A stretch of DNA of 64,000 nucleotides from Ptychomitrium polyphyllum (GCA_973851085.1 OZ316775.1:20336001-20400000), one strand, 5' to 3'; positions 11,039 to 25,712 are shown, counted from the first letter of the stretch. Made by a program: numbers and translations. Notes: generated by a model from the letters alone, not told the origin.

Positions 11039-14000
11039 CTAAAAGTAGGATTTGAGAAGGGCATAAACATTGGCAAATTTATCTTTGTTCCTGCTCACGT
11101 AACGCTCTAGAGTGACCACCTCCTGCTTGGTGATGTCAATGCCATACTTGGCCAACAGGTCTTGGATCCCCATGGGCTTGAACGCCGCTGATCCCGGCCT
11201 GCACAAACCAGTTTGGCCAGCATTGTAAATACAAAGGGTTATATGGCATTGAGCAGAGACACAAACGAAAAAAAAGATTCTTGTGTTATAAGCTGATGTT
11301 AGAGCAAAAGTGAGGATACTTACGGTGACTTGGGGGGCGACTTTGGCCATGAAGCAGGACTATGCGTGGGTGGGTCAGGGGGAGAGCAAGGCCGTTTGGG
11401 TGACAAGGGCGGAGTCGCCATTTCTGCACACTTGTTGCCACATGGAGAAGGAGGTGGCATTGGGCTACAGGGATTCTTGGGTGGAGGAGAAGGTGGAGGA
11501 TCTGGTCCCCTGATACTCTTGCTAAACTCTGACGATTTGTCAGCCGGTAGTTTCCTAATTGCCTCTTTAATCTGCACATGAGCCATGGTATTTATTGTTT
11601 CCATTCTATCACAGGGAGCTTAAACAGTGCTATTAGCCCAGGCTGATTCAGATGCTCACTTTATGCTATTAGTTCCTCCTGATTCATTTTGTTTTTAGCC
11701 CCAAGCAAACTGCTCAAAACTTTTGAGTGTAATCACACAGCTGCGCATGCCATTCGTTGTAGTATGGCAATGTGTTGGATGATGGACAAGATTTTACCTT
11801 ATTGGCAACCCATTCGTAGTTGGCGAGGGGGAAGTGCTTGGGATCTTCCTCCATGTACTTGAGTGTCCACTCGTCCGCCTCCATCAGAAGAAAGATTCGG
11901 TCGAACAGGTACATCTTCTGGTCCATGAAGCAGTCAGAAGCGCTGTAAGGAGCTTGCGTGCCTGGCTTTCGTGGCGCTGCGATTCGTTGGATGTATTTTC
12001 CTGAAACGCACCCTGAGTTCCGAGCTGGCGGCTCGAACACTTGGATCGTGTCGTCCGACATATAATACTGTCACCCATTGGCCTCCACTCACAACATAAA
12101 TCCCATGAAGTCAAAAAATATCGTGTTAATGCAGGCTGATTTGTTTCAAAGTTAACATAAAAATACTTACTTGGAAGATCATCATCCTCGTTTTATCAAC
12201 AGGGTGAAGGTGGTGGTCTTTATCTTCCACCATTCTACACGTGAAAGTTAGAATTTTCCCGTCCTTAAAAATAAACTTGATGAAATCCTTCTGTGGCGCT
12301 GATGGAATCAGCTTGATGCAATTCATCAAGCTGTCGGCTTCTGAGCCGATGCCGTTGTGCTCAGGAATCTCCATTCTTGCAAATTCTGGACCTTCCTCCT
12401 ATCAACCCACACTCGACCACCCAATACCAACACATGAACAATAATGGACTAACTTGTTTTCCATTATCTCCTTGCAAATTGGTAAGCTATTGTGACCTTG
12501 CATAACTGTAAAGCACAATCCAGAGTAATGTGGATTCTGGATTAACCCGATAAATTTAGAGCTGGCAAGTTATGGATTAAGTGGATTCTTTTGTAGACAG
12601 ACCTGGACATCGATTGCCGCAAGGATGTCTTCAGAGTAGCCATACTTGGTGCGGTAGTAGTTTCGGGTAAACTCATCTACGTCGTGTAATAGCAAGTCAC
12701 GATCAAACACCCGGATGTAGCTTCCAATGTGCAGATCTGTGTCGCGGTAATAGGCCTCCTTAGGCCCAAAGTCCTTCTCTCCACAGATCTTTTTCTGGCC
12801 TGGTGAAGCAGAACGCAGGGGAAAGAAAAAGGATAAGAATTTTCAGTGATGAGAGTTAATTGGTCTGAAAGTTCAACGGAAAGCGCTTCGTGAAACTGTA
12901 GCTTACTGAGGAGGTCGTGAGGAGTGTCTTTGAGCACTTTCTGGCGCCTGATGAGCATAGGAAAATGCATGCGTCCGCTGTTGCGTTCGTTGAGTTCCAG
13001 AATCTCAATTGTATCATCACCCAGAAAGTAATGCAACACCTGTTTGCAATCAAGTGGTCAATCCTTTGAGCAAAAATTTGAAAAACCTCCAACTTCATGA
13101 CATGGTTAACTGTGCCATTTTGGAGAAGTCAACTATCGTTGGGAATCTAAGAAAAGAGAAGAAAAACTTAGGAGGAAACGCTGTTGCATGACATACATAA
13201 GGACGGCGTTCACCATAAGGAACAGCACGGTCATCCCAGACACAGAAGAAGCGCAACACTTTGCCGTCCAGGTCCAAAAACTGACGCAGTGCATACTCCT
13301 TGTGGTGTGGTTTTATGACAGTGCGGTAATGGGCTCGGTACTCCTCCAAGGGCTCATTGGGCCATGGCTCCTCATCTCCCACCGGCAGCCTTTGCTTCAT
13401 CAAGTATCTCTGTCTTGCATCAACCCCACAACTACAGTGAGCTAAAAGCTTATACAAAATGAAGCACTTACAGTAATACACATGGGAAAGACTTTAAAAA
13501 CTGACTCAGAAATGGTCTGCCCAAACCTTTGTGAAGACATCACAGCCAACAATGTGGAAGGTATGGCTGAAGATGGTGATATCCCTTCCGAGCTGAAAAT
13601 CAGCAGGCCCCAAGAATCCACCCCGTCCATTGGGTACTTTCTGCTTCTTCAAAAACACTCCCTGTAATGTTGGTCTGCAATCTTCTGTTTAGTACACTCC
13701 CAGGTTTACTGTCTCATAGCATCTACCGATCCCTTTTTTTGCCCTGTCTGAGAACTTCAACTGTTTTACAAGATGAGAAGGAATTGACAGCACAGGGAAT
13801 CAGAGCTTGAGTGTCTGTGAAGCAGACTGTGAAGCAGAGAGTGGACCTGAAAGTAAATGCCACTGTTCCTTTGTGCTGGTTCCTGCAACCATTCCCAATG
13901 CCACTTCGGTTCAGCAAACCAACAGTTTCAAATCTGAAGCCTTTTGGACTTCCAAATTTTGTTGACTATGACACTATAATCTGTGATTCTGATACTGCCT

Positions 14001-16427
14001 TTGGATTTGTTGGAACCAGCTAGAACCTGAGCACAGAAATAGGAGCAGTACTTTGAAGAAACAACTTGTATTTTAGATTCATTTGAATGCAAGCAAATTG
14101 CAAGGAACTAAAACACAAGTGATTTTTGTATCATAAAGATGTAATTTACAAATCTTTCGAAGAGGTGTTTAGAAATTCACTAGCTATATCATATAAACAT
14201 ATGGTTAGGACGTGGCACCAAGCTATTAAATTGGCCAGCTTTTGAGAAGAAGGATTGGAATTATAAAAAGGATTACATTTCAATGATTTTATGAGTTTAA
14301 GAGCTTTTCACAAAGCCACTATATATTTGATACTAAGTTCATACTTTAAATTGACATGTTGGATTTTTCATTTTGAAAAAAACGATTTCTATTATATCTT
14401 TTTTCATACTATTATAGAACATAATTCTTTATAAGTTGAACTTATATATTTTTGAATTGTATGTGATTTTTTTTAAAAGAAATTATACCAAATATTCTTT
14501 GTGATTTAGTAAATTAGTGCTCATATTTAATTTGGCAAAACTAACAACTCATGTTTAGTTGAAAAATATTAATATGTTAATATACTTTAAGCAAAATGCA
14601 ATAAATAGATTGCAATAAATTTGTGCTCATGTGCTTACAACTCATGAGGCTAAGCCCATGCTTCATTTGAGATGCAATTTGTGATTTAAAAAACTTTGTT
14701 TGCATTTAAATTGCCATGCCTAATATACACTATTATTCTTTCCATTCTAATTTTCCACTTTCCATGACATCTTTCTTTACTAATCCTATGAAATAATTAT
14801 TGCATATGATTGCTTAATACTTTAGAATGTGGTTTTCATGTTGTGAAAGTAAGTAATCTTTAGCAATTTATAAGTATAAATAATTGAAGAACTATTCTTA
14901 TAAAACACATGTAAAGTAAAGTTTCCTCTATAGAATGTAGATGTTAATACCCCAATGTGGATCATGCCATCTGCTAGGTAGAAATAGATGGTGCACTTGC
15001 GGTAGCGAGCATTCTCTTCTACCCGCTCATCCACTTGTTCTTTGAAAAATGCGTAAAAACGTAACACCTAAAATATAACAATTCATCTTCATTTGTAAAG
15101 AATTTGCTGAAATATTTTCATGCTATAAGTATGAGTCTAAGAGCATGTAAGTATAGAAATATTGATAACATTTGAAAAATCAATAAATATTTTAGATTTA
15201 TTGTGACAAATGTTAAAGGCAACTAAAGTACATAGAATCAAAATACTTGTGAAAGTTAAGATATACAATTTTTGCAATTTAATCTTCAAAATTTTCTATC
15301 TTATATCTTTTTTTTAATTTTGGAATACACTTTTTCAAGTTAGAGTTTTGGATTTGGAACAACTTTGAAAGTTATATGCTTTTTTTAACAAGTGCTTTGT
15401 GTTACATGCTACCTTGGAACAAATAAATTAATACTCATGATTTTACTTTGAAAGAAATTCAACTCATATTTAATTAAAATATGAATAAATTTTGAAAAAA
15501 ATTATATAAACTTTATTTTTTTGAAAATTGTGCTCGTACATTATAGCTCATGAAGTTAAACTCATGTCTTGTATAGGTTACTTCTATGTTAATTTTTAAA
15601 ATATTTAATCCGAACTTGAATAAGAAAATTCATGTTGTCTTTACTTAATGTTGAATTTGTTTATAAACAACCATTGGCAATTGTTTAAAGATTTAGTCTT
15701 TGAAAGGTCAAATGTGTAACCATCAAAATGATTGAATCAAGCACACATTCATTATATTTGTTCATGACTCTCTTAAACTATATGAAGATTAAGCCATCTT
15801 AGAACTCTAAAGTATGACTTTTTAAATAACAAAGTTATGTATATTTTGACCACTACATTCATCAATGGCCTCTCCATCCACCTTTTCAAAGATATTCAAT
15901 GAAATTGAATGATGTCATTATCTTATTTAGCAATTAAGTTGAAGCATGAAAAACTGTTCATTTGAACCTCAATAACATCAATGGTCCAATATCAATGGTG
16001 CAAACAAATGTTATGCAACAACACCTGGCGGTCAAATTTGAGCCAAGCAGGTGTGGGACCCGTGCTTTGCTTGACACAAGCATAACAAGCTCCTGAGTTG
16101 TCATAATTTTCTTGAGTATCATTTACGAGTGGCGCTTTTGATTGCCCTAGTGGCCTCACCATAGGAAACCCTTCTTCTGAAAAACTCAATGTTTGGCTCT
16201 TCCTCCTTGGTTGTACCTACAAACATTAGTCAACAATCAATAAATAATCCAACAACATCAAGTCAATTGCATGACAACATCATGATCATCATGGAAAAGA
16301 AAAGCATGACACACATCCTTTTTTTTAATGAACACATGAACATGATGCTAAGCTACAAACAAACATTGCATTTACAAAGTGTGGGGCTTACAGGGGGGTG
16401 ACAAAAGGTGTAGGCAGGGAGCTCCAT
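11039..16427 (-). CDS. EFHC1/RIB72-like axonemal microtubule inner protein with three DM10 domains (about 12 exons)
   Basis: GT-AG exons approximately 16427-16392, 16216-16025, 15067-14951, 13882-13847, 13661-13527, 13410-13197, 13039-12906, 12800-12604, 12397-12171, 12067-11798, 11571-11324, 11197-11039. They encode KSQTL, WLKFDRQVLRFYAFFKE..EPAQRNSG..QGVFLKK, DGKVLRFFCVWDD..YFLGDDTIEILE..NSG and IPEHNGIGSEADSL..DGKIL..SDDTIQVFEPPARNSG. Confidence 0.9.
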
Positions 16428-18005
16428 GACAAATACACTGGAAGAGAAGCTCAAATGAGGTGATTGGGAGGCAACAATGAAAGCAAGCCTGCCTACACAA
16501 GCAAGGCGTTTGGAAGTAGTGTTGGATAGAGACAAGATTTAATATGGAAGCAAGCAATGGCGGCCAACAAGTTAGTTGGAAGGAGGCTTCAACTGACTTT
16601 GCCCTTTCATAAACAAAGTTAATCTTATACTTGTTCACACTCTTTTCCTCCGCATTACAAATTCTCCCCCAAGCCACACTGCCGCTTTTTAAGAGTCATT
16701 TAAGAGTCACTATCCGTCCACACTTATGTTTTTTTTATTTTTTTATTTTTTTAACCTTTTAACCTTTTACTATTTATTATATTTTGTTCTATTTATTTTT
16801 ACTTCTACATCTTTCTTTTTTATTGTTATTCTTTTTTTGTTTACTTTTTTGGACTTGGCCTTTTTATTGTTTGTTGTTTGATTTTTTTGTGGTTTTATTG
16901 TTTATTGTTAAGTTTTTTATTTTAATAATTATACAAAATTCTCATATTAAATGTCATTATATTGAAGATGTGATGGCCGCCTTACTAGTTTATTGTTAGT
17001 TTTCCAACAAACATCATCTAGTGAAAATCTTAATAAATTTGCACCTTATGCACATTATTGCAGTTCTTTTCCCATAGCATTGTAGAAATTATAGATTTAT
17101 TTCTATTAGTGGCTCTTTTTTTGTCATAATCCAAAGTGATACATGTACAATTTAATGGTGTTGTAAAAAAAATGTTTTGTTTTATTGTATAGAAAGGTCT
17201 CAACTTTGAAATTGTAATTTTTTTGTAATAAATGTTTAATAAATATAGTCCATCAATACACAATGAATGTTGCAATAGCAATGCGCAGCCTTTAATATTA
17301 ATATTCAACGCTTATTGAATAGATGGAAAATAAAAGAAGGTTTTGCATAAAGATATTAAATTGAATTTTAATCTTTTTTAATCAAAAAATAGGTTTGAAA
17401 CTTGTTTTTAAAAAAAATTAATATAGTTTCTAATATAGTTAAAAGATTTTAATACAACTTTATCATGAATTTCCATGATTTTGATGTGGCTTATTAGTTT
17501 TAGTTTTATTTGTAAAATGAGCTTATAAAAGAAATCGTATTGCCAAGAATTTATATTGTGACCTCAGCATTTGTTTTACATAATATTTATAGAATTTCAA
17601 AACCATTTGAAATATATTAATAGAAGATAAATATAAACTCATATTAAACAATTTTTTTGTTTTATGTGGCTTTAATTTGAATAGAACTTATAAAACGTTT
17701 TAAAATAGATTTTTTTTTAAAACGTAATTAGTTAAAGATGTTTACTTACATTTGATTTTGAGCAAATATTTTTTAAATGAATATTAGAAGAAATTACTCA
17801 AATTGAAGATCATATTGCCAATAATTTAATATTATTTTATGATCTCTTTTAATTGACATTATGGAATAAGTCCAAAGTTTAAACTTTATTCATCTAATAT
17901 GTGAATAGTAATTACTTGGATTGCAATAAAATATAAGAAATATCTTATTTTATGGCACAAAATGCTTCTATTGTTTAAATGAACTTAAACCTACACTTAT
18001 ATATG

Positions 18006-21000
18006 TGTCACAGACATAGATCATACATCATAGTCATAAGAACCTTTTAAAATCTTTTGATATATTCTAGTAGCTTCTGTTGATACTTTCAATATTTGTA
18101 TAGTCATGTCCAATACTTCAAGAAACTTTGTAAGTAGATTCTATTTTGTTGGATAACTTCCTAAGAATGTTCCACCACCTTAGGAAACTTAGGATGAAGG
18201 TTCCATCTTGGGAAACTTCTAAAGAAGGTTCCATAGACTTCTACAACATTCTTATATCTTGTAGAAAGTTGCTTTAGTAGTATTTTAGAAGGTACAAGCA
18301 TCTTAGTATATATAGGAGACAAGATAAGGTATATTTTGATCTTGCCAATATAAGTTGTGGACCATATTATATCCTACTTTGCTCTAGTCTTTGTATCAAT
18401 TCTTATTAATCATTAGATCGTTGGAAGTTAATTCTTGAGAAGCAATTTGCCTCTATTTCTTGTTTCTTTTGTTCCTAATAGTTTGTTAAAACTACTCTAT
18501 ATCTTTATCAAAGTTAAGGTTTGTTGAAGAAGAAAATAGATTATTCATCTTCTTTTGGATTCTTTATCGTCTTAGAGGTTGCAAGTTATCCTTTTTTAAG
18601 CTGACCTAATAAATAGGTTTCTTTTTCTAAAAAATAAGTACTATTTTGTTTGAAGAAGGATCAATCTTTCAAAGGACACGGGCTATCCTCTTTTTAAAAT
18701 ATTCATAGTCTTCTTGTCTTTGATAGTTTAAAGTAATGAATAACATGCTTGGAACATTAGAGAACAAATTTGAAACTATTATAAACCTTCAAGAGTTAAA
18801 TATAATTCAAATAGAATTTGCTCGTTTCAACACTATCAACAATTTAGAGCAGTATACTTGGCAAGCTAAAGAATCCAATGGCCATATTCAAAGTTGATAT
18901 CAACAAGTCGTTTGATTATGAGAGGCCAATATTGGAAGAAAAGATTTACATAAAAGCCATGCCAAGCCAAATATTAATATGCAAGACAAGTTTAATGCAT
19001 CAAGATCAAATTTGAGAGGCTTTCTTTTACAAAGAAGGCGCTTTTTAATTTGCATCAATCTCGCTATCTTGATGGTACTATTTAAGTAAGATTTGTAGCC
19101 ACTCTTCTATCAAGCAATGCACTATTGTGGTTTGTACCATTAATAGAAAAGCAGTCACCATCATTGAATAATTTAGATGCTTTCATAGAAGCGTTGACAT
19201 CTACCTTGCAGATACCGACCAAGAGCGGGTGGCTGAAACAAGGATCTAGAGTACACAATAAAGACAACGCTTGGCTGTTACATATACTACAAAGTTTTGA
19301 CAACTAACTTGCGACCTTGATTAGAATGATAAGGCCTTGGTCTTATGATTCTAATGGAGCTTAAGAGAGAATGTGAAGGACTTAATACTTATAATACCAA
19401 AGGTTGAAATATTGAACAAATTCATCATTTAAGCAATAGATGTGACAATAGACTATTTGAAAGGCGCCAAGAACAACATTTAGAATGGCAACCAATACAT
19501 CAAGGTATGGCAACCACTTCTTCAAAAAAATTTGCAAAGTTGACCTTAAAGACCAAAACCTATATAATTTGATGCTGCCCAATTTTTATGTTTGACTTTA
19601 GAAGAAAAAAAAATGCGTCAAAAAGAAAACCGATGTTTGTATTATAAAAAAATTTAATATAAAGTGCACAATTTTTAAATCAAGGGATTTGCTTTTAAGG
19701 CTTAAAGCACAATGGTGGAGTTGGAAAATGAGGCTATCTAGTCACAATAGGGACCACGCAATTGGACTCTACAAGAGAATGACCATTAAATCAAGGTTTC
19801 CTATTATTTCCAACCTCTTGAAAAAATGCAAAAAACCTAGTACAATAAGCAAGAAGAAAGAGCAAGGTTGCAACAAGAAAAGTATGGTGCAAGATGATTC
19901 TTACTTCCAACATGGTTTATTTATGTAGTGGGAAGGACACTCAAGGATGGCCAAACCACACCAAATCCTAATTGTTTGTTTTTTAATCCTACATTCCATA
20001 TCCTCTATGGCCTCTTCTTCAATATCCCTTTGACCATTAGCAACTTATTAAAGTCAAGTATTATACAAGGGAAATATCAGCTAGGATTATTTTATATGTT
20101 TCACTTTTTTCAACACAACTCTTACTTCTTGCTTTACATGTCCTATCAAAATCAAATTGTTAGATGATGAAATAGTTAATAATATCTTTTGGACTCTAGT
20201 GCAATGGCATGCTTCATGGACAAGGATTTTGCAACCAAACACCACATAATACTTGTAAATAAAAAACATCTTGCACCTATTGAAGTTATGAAAGGACAAT
20301 TTCTAACATATGGTAATGTTATTGAAGTAATTCAATCCTTGAAGGTTGTTTAAAAACCAAGTATCTAAGATTGTTTTCAATATCATTCAATATCAAACAA
20401 ATCCTATTGTCTTGGGCCTTCTTTGGTTTGAATTACATAATTCAAACATTGATTGGCACTCACGGAATGTGGTTTTAATGCAAAGACGTCAAAGTACAAG
20501 AAATCTTTGGTAATCATTTATTGAAACTAAGACATTCATCAAAGCAACAAAGTATAAACTAATCTATGCCATTTATGTCACGCCAATGTCCGGCATTATA
20601 TTACAGATTAATTAAAGCAAATCTCATAAATACCAAGATTATTAAGACATTTTTGAGAAGAAAAATGTGGACATATTACCAAAGCATGGACCTTACAATT
20701 GTGCCATTGAGTTGTAAAAAGGAACCCAGCCACCTTTTGAATCTATCTATAACCTATTACAAACTAAGTTGATTGCTTTGAGAGAATATATTGATGTAAA
20801 CTTTAAAAAGGTTTCATCCAATACTCTAAATCACTTATTAGAGCATTCATCTTATTTGTAAAGAAGAAGGATGGATCTTTATGTATGTACATGGATTATT
20901 GAGGCCTCAATAAAGTGACCAAAAAAAATCATTATTCATTACCATTAATTTCAGAACTCCTATAATAACTTAGCTTGGTAAAGATATTCACCAAAATTGA

Positions 21001-24000
21001 TTTTAGAAGAGCCTACAATTGTATAAATATCAAAGAAAGAGACAAATGGAAAGGAACCTTTTAATCTAGATATGGCCATTTTAAATACAATATCATGCCT
21101 TTTAGCCTTATTAATATCCCTGCAATCTTTCAATACATGATGAATGATATCTTCCATGAACATTTGGACAATTTTATACTCATTGGCTTGGATGATATTT
21201 TGATATATTCAAAGGATAGATAAAACCACAAATGTCATATGCGACTGGTCTTAAAAAAACTATGCCAACAAGGATTATATGCCAAATTGAAGAAGTGCTT
21301 TTTCTATGAATCCTCAGTTGAATTTTTAAACTACATCATTTTTAAACAAGGAATCCATATAAATGAGAAGAAACTAAGTACTATCATGGAGTGGAATACG
21401 CCAAGATTAATTTGAAATGTTCAATGCTTCTTGGAATTTACAAATTTCTAGAAGATATTTATCAAGGACTATTTTAAGATTGCAGCACCATTGATACGAC
21501 TTATGAGAAAGCAAAATTTCACTTGGAAAGAAGAAACAGAAAGAACATTTTACAGTCTTAAGAAGTCATTTACGTTAGTTCCAATCATTATTCATCTAAA
21601 TCCGTCAAAGCTTTTCTTATTAGAAGTAGATACATTAGATTTTGCATTTGGCTCAGCACTTTTACAATATGATGAAGATGGGAGACTCCATCCTATTGCC
21701 TTTTGTTCAAAGATATTTTTAGATTATAGGATGTGATCAATTATAATATACATAATAAAGTGCTACTTGCAATTGTGGATGCATTTGAGAAATGGCGGCA
21801 CTTGTTGAAAGGAGCTCAATATACCATCACAATATACACAAACCACACGAACTTGGAGAATTTCATGACTGCTTGCGTTCTAAATTGTTATCAAGCAAAG
21901 TGGAGTATGTCATTTTCTAGATTTGACTTTGTCATAATCTATCGACCTGGTAGCCTATAAGATAAGCCAAATGCCTTATTTTTAAAATCTTATTTAGCTC
22001 CTAAATTTAAAAATGATGTTTTAGATCAATAAAAAACTATTCTATAGAAGCCACAGAATCTTCAATTGAAAGCAGCAATTATTACCACAACATTCCATCT
22101 CAACAAAATTTGAAGGGCTTTAAAAAATGATGTCTTTGTTTCAAATATGAAGAGGCACCTCAAAGACAATTAAGATCCTTCAAATAACAATGAAAATTTT
22201 GAGTTCCAAAAGAGCTTACTTTATTATAAAGGAATTTTGCATCTACTTCTAGATTCTATACAATTGAAGAACTTTTTAGCACGTTATGATTTTCCAGCAA
22301 TAGGGCATTTTGAATTGAATGAAACAATGGAGTTGATTGCTAGACACTATTAATGGTCGCAACTTTGGAAACATGTGAAGCACTTTTTTTGATCATACAA
22401 TACTTGTGCAAAGGCCAAGGTACCAAGACACCAATTTTATGATCTCCTCCATCCAATTCCAGTGCCAAATGGCCTATGGTTGTTATTGTCAATGGATTTT
22501 ATTATGGACCTTCTAAACTTCAATTCTAAGGATTCCATTTTAATAGTGGTAGATTAATTTATTAAGATGGCACATTTCATTCCATGCAACAAGACGGTAA
22601 TAAGAGAAGAAACTGCCAAGTTATTCATAAATCACGTCTACCGCATTCCTGGAGTACCAAATGATATTGTATCCGATCAAGGGCTGCAATTCATTTTCAA
22701 CTTTTGAAAAGTTCTATTCCAGCTATAATACGTGAAGATCAACCTTTCTTCAGCACACCATCCGCAAATTGATGGTCAAACCTAATATATGAATAAAATT
22801 TTGGAATAGTACCTTCATTGCAGCATAAACTACCAACAAATCAACTGGATGGACCTCTTACTTTTGGCAGAGTTTGCTTACAACAATATAATACATTCTT
22901 CAAAAATGCAAATCCATTCTTTGCAAAGTATGGCCATCATTCTCAAGCAAACCCATTTCAAGTGAATTATATTAGAAATCCTATAACAAAGGATTTTGCA
23001 ATTCAACTTGCTAAAATGCACCACAAATTTTCTTTCTAATTACAACAAGCTCAAGATTGGTACAAAATTTATGGAAATTGTTATTAGAAAGACCATCCAA
23101 AGTTCAAGGTTGGAGATAACATATGGCTGCTATAATGAAACATACAAACAAAAAGACCGTCAAAGAAATTGAACTATCAAAGGTTGGGACCGTTTGAAAT
23201 AAGCAACAGATAAATTAGATCAATTATTGCCTCAAACTACCACCAACCATGCAAATTCATTTAATTTTCCTTATATCGTTGTTGGAAACCTACAACAAGT
23301 CTTATTTATTAGAAAAGGTTATTCATTAGCCTCTTGGTGCGGAAATTAATAATGAAATGGAATATAAAGTTGAAGAGATCTTAGATTCACTTATCAAAAA
23401 TAGACATGTAGAGTACCTTATAAATTGGCAAGAATATGGCATCAATGACCAAATATATGAATCTTTGATGAATATAATAAATGCATCTAAGAAGGTACAA
23501 GAATTACATCAAAGATATCCTCATAAATTAGGTTGGTGATGACATGTTATTAGTTGCCCTTAGCTTTACGGAGAAGATTTTTTTAGACAAATACAAAAAA
23601 AGAGGAGAAATATCCAAACCTTCAATTGTATGCAGCATTATTTTCAAGATAGATCATTTTTAGATCCTAACTAGTATGTCAAATATTTGTATTATTATGG
23701 ATATGCGTGAAGAACAATTGGCTATGCCTTCTTCAACAATAGCATCTATTAAGTCAAGTCAACTTTCTTAGCCTTCAGTTCCAAAAGATTTAAGCCAAGA
23801 TATGAAAGAAACATTCCAATGTCAAGTACGACCTCGTGCAAAAGTATTGACTAGTCGTCCTTCACATTCTAGTCTTGATTCAAATGCTTGAGCTCTAGTC
23901 ATTTTATTAGAAATTGGAACAGTCACTCTTAGAAGATTCCAGATCTTGTTTAGAGGATGTTTTAAAGATCTTAATCAAGATCAGATCTTGAGCTGGGACA

Positions 24001-24709
24001 TTTTAACAATAGAAGTCTTGGTTGGTGGTCATTCTTGCAAGGACCAATTAAACAAGTGGGCAAAGAATAACGAGCAGAATATGTTGCTTCTCTTCTTTGA
24101 CAAATTTTGAAATTTGTAGAGATGTAACGAGCAAGCCACAAGAAGAGCTCTTCATGGAACTCGTTGCTAAAATGAGAGGTAATGTCATGTAACATAGTCA
24201 TTAAAACCTTCTAAAATCTTTTGGTATATTCTAGTAGCTTCTAATAATACTTTCAATGTTTTTATAGCCATTTCCACTTCTTTAAAAAAATTCCTAGGAA
24301 AATGCCACCACTTCTAGAAACCTCTTAAAAAAGTTCTACTTCTTTGGAAAGCTTCCTAAGAAGGTTCCACCACCTTAGAAAACTTCTAGTGAAGGTTTCA
24401 ACTCCTTAGAAGCTTCTTAGGAATGTTCCACCATCTTGGAAAACTTCCAGAGATGATTCCATTGATTACCTTGAACATTCTTATGCCTTGTTGGAAGCTT
24501 CTTTGGAAGTACTCTAGGAATTACAAGCATCATAATATAAATAAGAGTCAAGACAAGTTATACCTTAGTTTTACCAATACAAGCTATGGATCATATTATA
24601 TTCTATTTTGCTCTAGTCTTTGTATCAATTTTTATTAATCATTAGTTCTTTTTAAGCTAATTCTTGAGAAGTACTTTGTCTTTGCTTTTTGTTTCTTATG
24701 TCTCTAACA
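18006..24709 (+). mobile_element. Full-length, heavily mutated Ty3/Gypsy chromovirus (Tcn1-like)
   Basis: LTRs at 18006-18480 and 24183-24709 with an exact TSD ATATG (18001-18005 and 24710-24714). Remnants of gag, protease (~20180), RT (LDDILIYS), RNase H, integrase (HPQIDGQT) and chromodomain (23357-23539). PPT at ~24170-24182. Confidence 0.95.
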
Positions 24710-25712
24710 ATATGTATGTTCTAAAGAATATATAAATCTTTAAATCTAAATTTAAAAAAATTATAAATATTTATAAAATAACATGTTTCAGCATAAATTT
24801 ATCAAGTCAAATTAGAAGCAATAAAACTTGTATAAAATATCAAATATTGCCTTCCAATACAATCAAATAAAAATTACATAATAAGAATTACGAGGTTTTT
24901 GTAAACTTTGATTAAATGGATTTTATAAGTGAAAAGATATTTGATTAAAATCAAAATATAAGTATGGTTTAAAATTTTTTATAAACATCAAAGGACATTA
25001 TTCAAGAGAGGATTTATAAATTATCAAATTATATATTTAATATGTTTAAATCTTTTTTTAAAATAATAGCAATAAAGGGATATTTTTAAATATAAAGTCC
25101 TTTCATGGTACATCTTAATTTTATGACCACAAGAAATAAAATAAGTATGAAAGATACTTCCATTCTAATGAATGAAAGACCTTTGAAATTAAAACACATA
25201 TTTATATGTATTGATAGATAGTCTTTAAATTAATATGTTTTATATAAATTATATCTTATAATATTGAAGTTGATCCATATGAATACATATCTTTGCATCA
25301 TATGTATTGTACCTTATTATTCTTGCTAAACTACTATATATAAGAGAATTGAACACAAGCCATCTTTAAATGACTAATTACATGATAAGTACAATAAATG
25401 TTTATATATTTTTCTTCATATTTTGTAAATACTAAAATCTATTACCAAATATTATTGAGTTAAATATATTATGCTATGCAACTTGTCTTATTGCCATGTA
25501 AATTTTAAAGTAGAATCTATGGCAAGATTTAAAATTAGATAGTTGATTTAAGCCATGATTGCCATTTTTTTACTTCTTTTTTTGTAACAATTATTTGTAT
25601 ATATGAATCAAAAAGAAAAATACTTATTTATAAGGATTATTTTTTATATAATAAGCTTTAATTTTTGGAAATTCTATTATAATTTCAATTTAAAAAAAAT
25701 TAAAAATGATAT

